64,000 bases of DNA, taken from positions 31,428-95,427 of the IMG/VR virus record IMGVR_UViG_3300042564_005059, one strand, 5' to 3'. Every line of letters starts with the position of its first letter. Positions within the stretch are counted from its first letter, which is position 1. Below are positions 59,753-64,000 of the stretch, one piece after another. The position numbers and the translations under genes were made by a program. Source of the stretch: a virus. Its lineage: Duplodnaviria > Caudoviricetes. Under the pieces are notes generated by a model that saw only the letters and a program-made list of their open reading frames with translations, was not told the origin of the DNA and did no database searches.

Positions 59753-60109
59753 TTATAGTTCAGCTTCAAATGAACAATAGCCATTCTCTTTGATACAATC
59801 ACGTATCTTAATACCCAATTTCAAATCAGCATAATCAGATAGTTCAATTGAACTAACACCTAAAGCTTCAATTTGCTCCGCGGTATAACCAGTTACACTA
59901 GCAAAGAATTCATCCAGCTTTTGTAATTTGTCACCTAACGCGTCTTCAATAACTTTGATTTCAGCTTCAACATCCACTAGACTATCTTCATCAAAATTAT
60001 AAGTTAAATAATTTGATTCACCTATTACACCAAATCTATCAGCTGCATCACTATTTTGAACAGCAAACCAAAATTTACCCTCAATGTCACCAGAATAAAA
60101 TCTTCCCAT
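59753..60109 (-). CDS. conserved phage protein
   Basis: MGRFYSGDIEGKFWFAVQ.S..A..FG. Confidence 0.75.
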   Translation of the reverse strand: MGRFYSGDIEGKFWFAVQNSDAADRFGVIGESNYLTYNFDEDSLVDVEAEIKVIEDALGDKLQKLDEFFASVTGYTAEQIEALGVSSIELSDYADLKLGIKIRDCIKENGYCSFEAEL

Positions 60110-60323
60110 ATTTTTATTATTTAATTGTTAATACTTCAACAAAGATACAATTATTTTCTAATATACCAATTATTTTTTTAATTATTTTTACCACCAGTCC
60201 CAGCTGTACACAAAAGTGTACATCGGTCCGAGCGGACCTCTGGTCTGCGACACATGTTGTATAAAAAGAAAATGACCTCCCAATAAAGGGAAGTCACTTT
60301 CAGCGTTAAATCAATTAAATCTA

Positions 60324-60770
60324 TTATGGAGTTGTAGATTCTTCTTTATTGACAAACTCATCAAATTTATCAGGTGAACCCTGAAATAATTTTTTCTTGC
60401 GTTTGCCACTTTCATAACAAATTAATGTTACGGTTTTGCTGTCAAAATCAACAAGTACATGATACTCGTAATTTTGCCATACATCTGTGGTATTGTTTGG
60501 ATATAAGTAGATACCGCCTGCCTCATCACCCTTAAAATGTGAAACCATTTGCGCAGCCAGACAGCCAGCACCATTGAATACTTTAGCTGGTCTATCAGAA
60601 CCTAATCCGTTTACCACTTTGCCAGCCATTAAAAAGTCCGCCAGCTCTTGACCGTGTCCGCTAGGGTATCCGTCAAATTGACGATACATTGTTACTAGCA
60701 ATTGTTTTTTCTCTTTGCCGTTATCATCTTTGTAAGTTTCGATAACTCTTGTAAGACTTCTTGTTCCCAT
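60324..60770 (-). CDS. conserved phage protein (MGTR family)
   Basis: MGTRSLT..YRQFDGYP.GHG..NGAGCLAAQ. Confidence 0.8.
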   Translation of the reverse strand: MGTRSLTRVIETYKDDNGKEKKQLLVTMYRQFDGYPSGHGQELADFLMAGKVVNGLGSDRPAKVFNGAGCLAAQMVSHFKGDEAGGIYLYPNNTTDVWQNYEYHVLVDFDSKTVTLICYESGKRKKKLFQGSPDKFDEFVNKEESTTP

Positions 60771-60840
60771 AATAAAATGTTTTTATGATTATTTAACTGG
60801 TGCAAATGTAATACTTATTTTTAAACTACCAAATATTTTT

Positions 60841-61107
60841 TTATTTTTTTTCATCTAATTCAGCCCACTCCATGTTAAATAAATCCTCATCTAATTCAGG
60901 ACAAAATGCACTATAACCCTCAACCACACTTGGATAAACATAAGAACCTGTTCTATTACATGTTCCTATTGGTTTTTCTGTTGATAAAATCACACTATCA
61001 TTTGTGTTGATAATATGAATAAAAGGAGAATTTTGTTCATTGGTAATTTCCATACCCTTAGGATAAACACTCAATAACTCAATTAATTTACCTACCGTTG
61101 TTCCCAT
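60841..61107 (-). CDS. hypothetical early protein
   Basis: C..C.E.DED motif. Confidence 0.65.
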   Translation of the reverse strand: MGTTVGKLIELLSVYPKGMEITNEQNSPFIHIINTNDSVILSTEKPIGTCNRTGSYVYPSVVEGYSAFCPELDEDLFNMEWAELDEKK

Positions 61108-61157
61108 AATAAAATGTTTTAATGATTAATAACTGGTGCAAATGTAAAAAGAATATT

Positions 61158-61427
61158 TTACATTACCAAATAAACTTGATTAATTTTTTCATCTTTGTCC
61201 AAATGAACCTCAAGTGTCCTGTCTTGATAGTTGATAGCAATTATCTCATCATCAATCAACCCATGTTCATCATCCATTTTATAATCCGAACTTAACCTCT
61301 GGATATTCCCAACACCATGTGGGATTCTTTCAAAAGTCTTAAGCTGTTTGATATCGTGTTTCTTCTTAAAGCTCTTCAGAACCTTAATAACTAAATCATC
61401 TGTTGGTATTGGTAAATGTCCTGCCAT
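61158..61427 (-). CDS. hypothetical early protein
   Basis: 89 aa. Confidence 0.6.
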   Translation of the reverse strand: MAGHLPIPTDDLVIKVLKSFKKKHDIKQLKTFERIPHGVGNIQRLSSDYKMDDEHGLIDDEIIAINYQDRTLEVHLDKDEKINQVYLVM

Positions 61428-61443
61428 AATCTAAATAAATTTA

Positions 61444-61674
61444 TTATAAATGACCACCAGTCCCTAATGTAACATCATCAAATCTCCATTCAGTTTCACC
61501 ACCAATTAAACTGGTGTCACCAAACTCAACTTCTGCAATCTCATCAATCTCATCGTTTAATGTCAAATAATCTTGAATATCATCAATACCAATACTATCA
61601 TCAACATCAACCTCAAACTCAATTTCTTTTGTATAAGTTCGAGTAACCATTAACTTAACTTTTCTTGTTCCCAT
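61444..61674 (-). CDS. acidic hypothetical protein
   Basis: Ends in GGHL; own promoter. Confidence 0.65.
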   Translation of the reverse strand: MGTRKVKLMVTRTYTKEIEFEVDVDDSIGIDDIQDYLTLNDEIDEIAEVEFGDTSLIGGETEWRFDDVTLGTGGHL

Positions 61675-61747
61675 AATAATTATGTTTTAATTGTTTAACG
61701 ATACAAAGATAATACTTTATTTTAATATACCAAACTTTTTTTAAAAA

Positions 61748-62146
61748 TTATTTATATATTGAAATATACGCGTTTAATTTATTCCCATGCGATTGAATAA
61801 TACTATATTCCGTATTATCCAAATTATTGCCAGATTCATCAACCCAATTTGGTAATACACGTGGATTAAATTTAATCACCAGTTTATTGAAATCTGTATC
61901 ATCAAATATACCAAACGATAAATGCTTACACCATACCCATGCACATACAACCTTCTCACCACCAACATGAATACTTTTTGCTGTACCCTTACGATTATGT
62001 AACTGACAACCAATCATAACCAAATTCTCTTTAGATGGGTCAATAAATTTAACCACCCCATCAGGATATTCAATCTTCCAGTGTTGATAATGCTCACCAG
62101 CACCCAAATGAAATCTTACTTTGATTCTATTATCTTTCTTCCCCAT
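61748..62146 (-). CDS. conserved phage protein
   Basis: RFHLG.G..Y.HW..K.VCAWV.C..FNPR..P.W. Confidence 0.7.
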   Translation of the reverse strand: MGKKDNRIKVRFHLGAGEHYQHWKIEYPDGVVKFIDPSKENLVMIGCQLHNRKGTAKSIHVGGEKVVCAWVWCKHLSFGIFDDTDFNKLVIKFNPRVLPNWVDESGNNLDNTEYSIIQSHGNKLNAYISIYK

Positions 62147-62423
62147 AAGGCGCGTCGTTAAATGATACATAATTACAATTCTTACACAAGTCAGAATCGT
62201 TCACATCGAAATCCATATCAGCTTTATGAAAATGGTCACCACATTTATTGCACATATACTTATTCTCATAATCTGGCCACTCCTCTTTAATTTGAGTGAC
62301 AACACGTTGAACCACATCAACCAAATCACTTTCATCATCAAACTCACCATGCTCCGAATTATCAGCATGTTGTTCCTTAATAAATTTAACCACTAGGTCC
62401 AAATTTTCTAATGTACATTTCAT
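62130..62423 (-). CDS. zinc-finger protein
   Basis: CNKC..CKNC. Confidence 0.65.
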   Translation of the reverse strand: MKCTLENLDLVVKFIKEQHADNSEHGEFDDESDLVDVVQRVVTQIKEEWPDYENKYMCNKCGDHFHKADMDFDVNDSDLCKNCNYVSFNDAPYGEER

Positions 62424-62499
62424 AACTCTTAATCTTTAATTGTTTAACAGTACAAAGATAATACTTTATTTTAATATACCAAACTTTTTTTAAAAAAAA

Positions 62500-62703
62500 T
62501 TATACATGACAAACATATATTAGATAATCATATATAATTTGCTCATCTTCATTATAAGCAACGTCTTCTGGAACATAATATTCTTTACCATCAAATTCAA
62601 CGCATTTATGATTATCCATCATTAATTCAACATAACTACTAGATTCTTTTTTTCTAACCTTAGTACAGTACTTACCCAAAAATTCTAAAACTAATTTTTT
62701 CAT
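62500..62703 (-). CDS. hypothetical early protein
   Basis: Own promoter. Confidence 0.6.
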   Translation of the reverse strand: MKKLVLEFLGKYCTKVRKKESSSYVELMMDNHKCVEFDGKEYYVPEDVAYNEDEQIIYDYLIYVCHV

Positions 62704-62952
62704 TTTTTCCTATTGTTTAAAATTAACAGTACAAAGATAATACTTTTTTTCTAACTACCAAATTCTTTTTTAAAATATTTGTATAATTCTTTTTTGTCCT
62801 TTAACCTATTACGATATAACGCGTCTTGGGTTGCATAACCGTCATTAAATTTAATAACGTTTCCGTCAGCAATCCATTGTTCAAATAATTCTCTCATACT
62901 TGTTATATTTTATAATTGGGAACCATATAAAATATATGATTCCCAAATAAAT

Positions 62953-63732
62953 TTATTTACCTAACGCTAATTTACTCATTATTCTATTTTGCAATTCTTT
63001 AGTACGAATCACAAAACCACTCTCTAAAGCTTCTTTGTTTTTTTCACCAGCACCTTTGCCAGTAGCAAACTTATAACGTAATCCTAATATCGTTCCCTTT
63101 GGGTGCAAAAATGTTAAATCATCATCATCACCACCAACAACATTAAAACCCTTATACTCACTCGGCACTTTATCAAATACCATTGCAACATTAACACCCT
63201 TATTCAATAACTCAATAGCCTTATCATAATTCGTTTCACTCAACGAAAATGTTAAATGATAATTGATAGGTAAATCACCATTAAAACGTAAATGATTTTT
63301 TGTGTAATCGTAAAATTGAACATCACTATGTAACTCAAATATAGTTTTACCCTCACGTACCTTAAACTTCTCAAAACGAATATCACTAGTTCCATTTAAT
63401 CTAATAACAGGAACAACATCACTATCTAAATGTTTTTTCTTTATCTTTGTAAGTTCTTTATCCAATTGTAATAAGAAATTTGCTCTATCTGATAAAAAAT
63501 ATTCCGACTTATTTGTTTTACCATTTTGAACTTTCTCAAATCTAGCAGTACCACTACTAAATAAACAAGACTTAACACACCCCTCGCTAGCATGACTACA
63601 TAAATTTATTCCCTTTGAATTTTGAGTATGCGGAGCTAAATACATAATGTAAGTCATGTAATTTTTCTTAAGTCCCTTAATCGTTTTTGCATTGTTTGTT
63701 GACAATAAATTTGTCGGTACATAATAACTCAT
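62953..63732 (-). CDS. GP88-like protein (CxxxxxGCxxxC)
   Basis: NLCSHASEGCVKSCL..RLNGTSDI..FYDYTK..YHLTFS.SE..GDDDDL. Confidence 0.8.
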   Translation of the reverse strand: MSYYVPTNLLSTNNAKTIKGLKKNYMTYIMYLAPHTQNSKGINLCSHASEGCVKSCLFSSGTARFEKVQNGKTNKSEYFLSDRANFLLQLDKELTKIKKKHLDSDVVPVIRLNGTSDIRFEKFKVREGKTIFELHSDVQFYDYTKNHLRFNGDLPINYHLTFSLSETNYDKAIELLNKGVNVAMVFDKVPSEYKGFNVVGGDDDDLTFLHPKGTILGLRYKFATGKGAGEKNKEALESGFVIRTKELQNRIMSKLALGK

Positions 63733-64000
63733 AACTAATATTTTAATTGTTTAACGGTGCAAAGATATAACAATATTTTAATTGTACAAATATTTTTTAA
63801 AAATAATTTAATTTTTTTTACATCCAACCCTCTTTGATTATTTCAGGTATATCATTAACGCGAAACCAATTCTCAAACCATTCACCCCAGTGCCCGCGTC
63901 TAAATCTATATACACACACTTCATTCCCGCCGCTGTCTTCAAAGAATTCACTCATCCGTCTCTGGACCTCCTTATAGGTACCAACTGTAAAATACTTATT

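Larger units (their letters stand above)
39501..60222 (-). repeat. dispersed 16-bp element GACACAAA(T/A)GTGTACA, 7 intergenic copies
   Basis: 39501, 41125, 43079, 46062, 51592, 54817 and a perfect-palindrome variant at 60205. Confidence 0.9.

Noticed and set aside
60190-60250. Hammerhead ribozyme
   Set aside because: No CUGANGA/GAAA core on either strand.

Overview
A very AT-rich segment of a large (jumbo-type) dsDNA phage genome using the standard genetic code, with a host very likely in Bacteroidota/Flavobacteriia: more than 30 TAnnTTTG/-33 TTTG host-type promoters and AT-rich leaders without Shine-Dalgarno sites. The left part (1-37.9 kb) holds late/virion-cargo and metabolic genes: modular head proteins punctuated by [ILV]xE sites, many proteins with a shared (I)KKLLRE terminal motif, a fibre module, thyA with two homing endonucleases, ClpC, KTSC, an ABC-ATPase/GNAT pair, RNase H-like YkuK, an LRR protein, thioredoxin, HNH, a nucleotidyltransferase, PcfJ-like and ArdC-like proteins. 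Most late-type genes are preceded by an ATATTTAT motif. A complex non-coding block at 37.9-39.5 kb contains A-tracts, G-runs, 12 copies of CGTTACACGC and 7 of CACGTGG, and may be a terminus or origin. The right part (38.3-64 kb) is a co-oriented array of small early genes plus a CAT tRNA and two structured ncRNA candidates. The main unexplained signals are two candidate -1 frameshifts, a 16-bp hairpin/palindrome dispersed 7 times in the early region, TTAACA-N5-TTAACA boxes exactly 40 bp from five early promoters together with a receiver-less PhoB-like regulator, and the KKLLRE cargo-tag system. Family names come from motif recognition only; no database searches were run.
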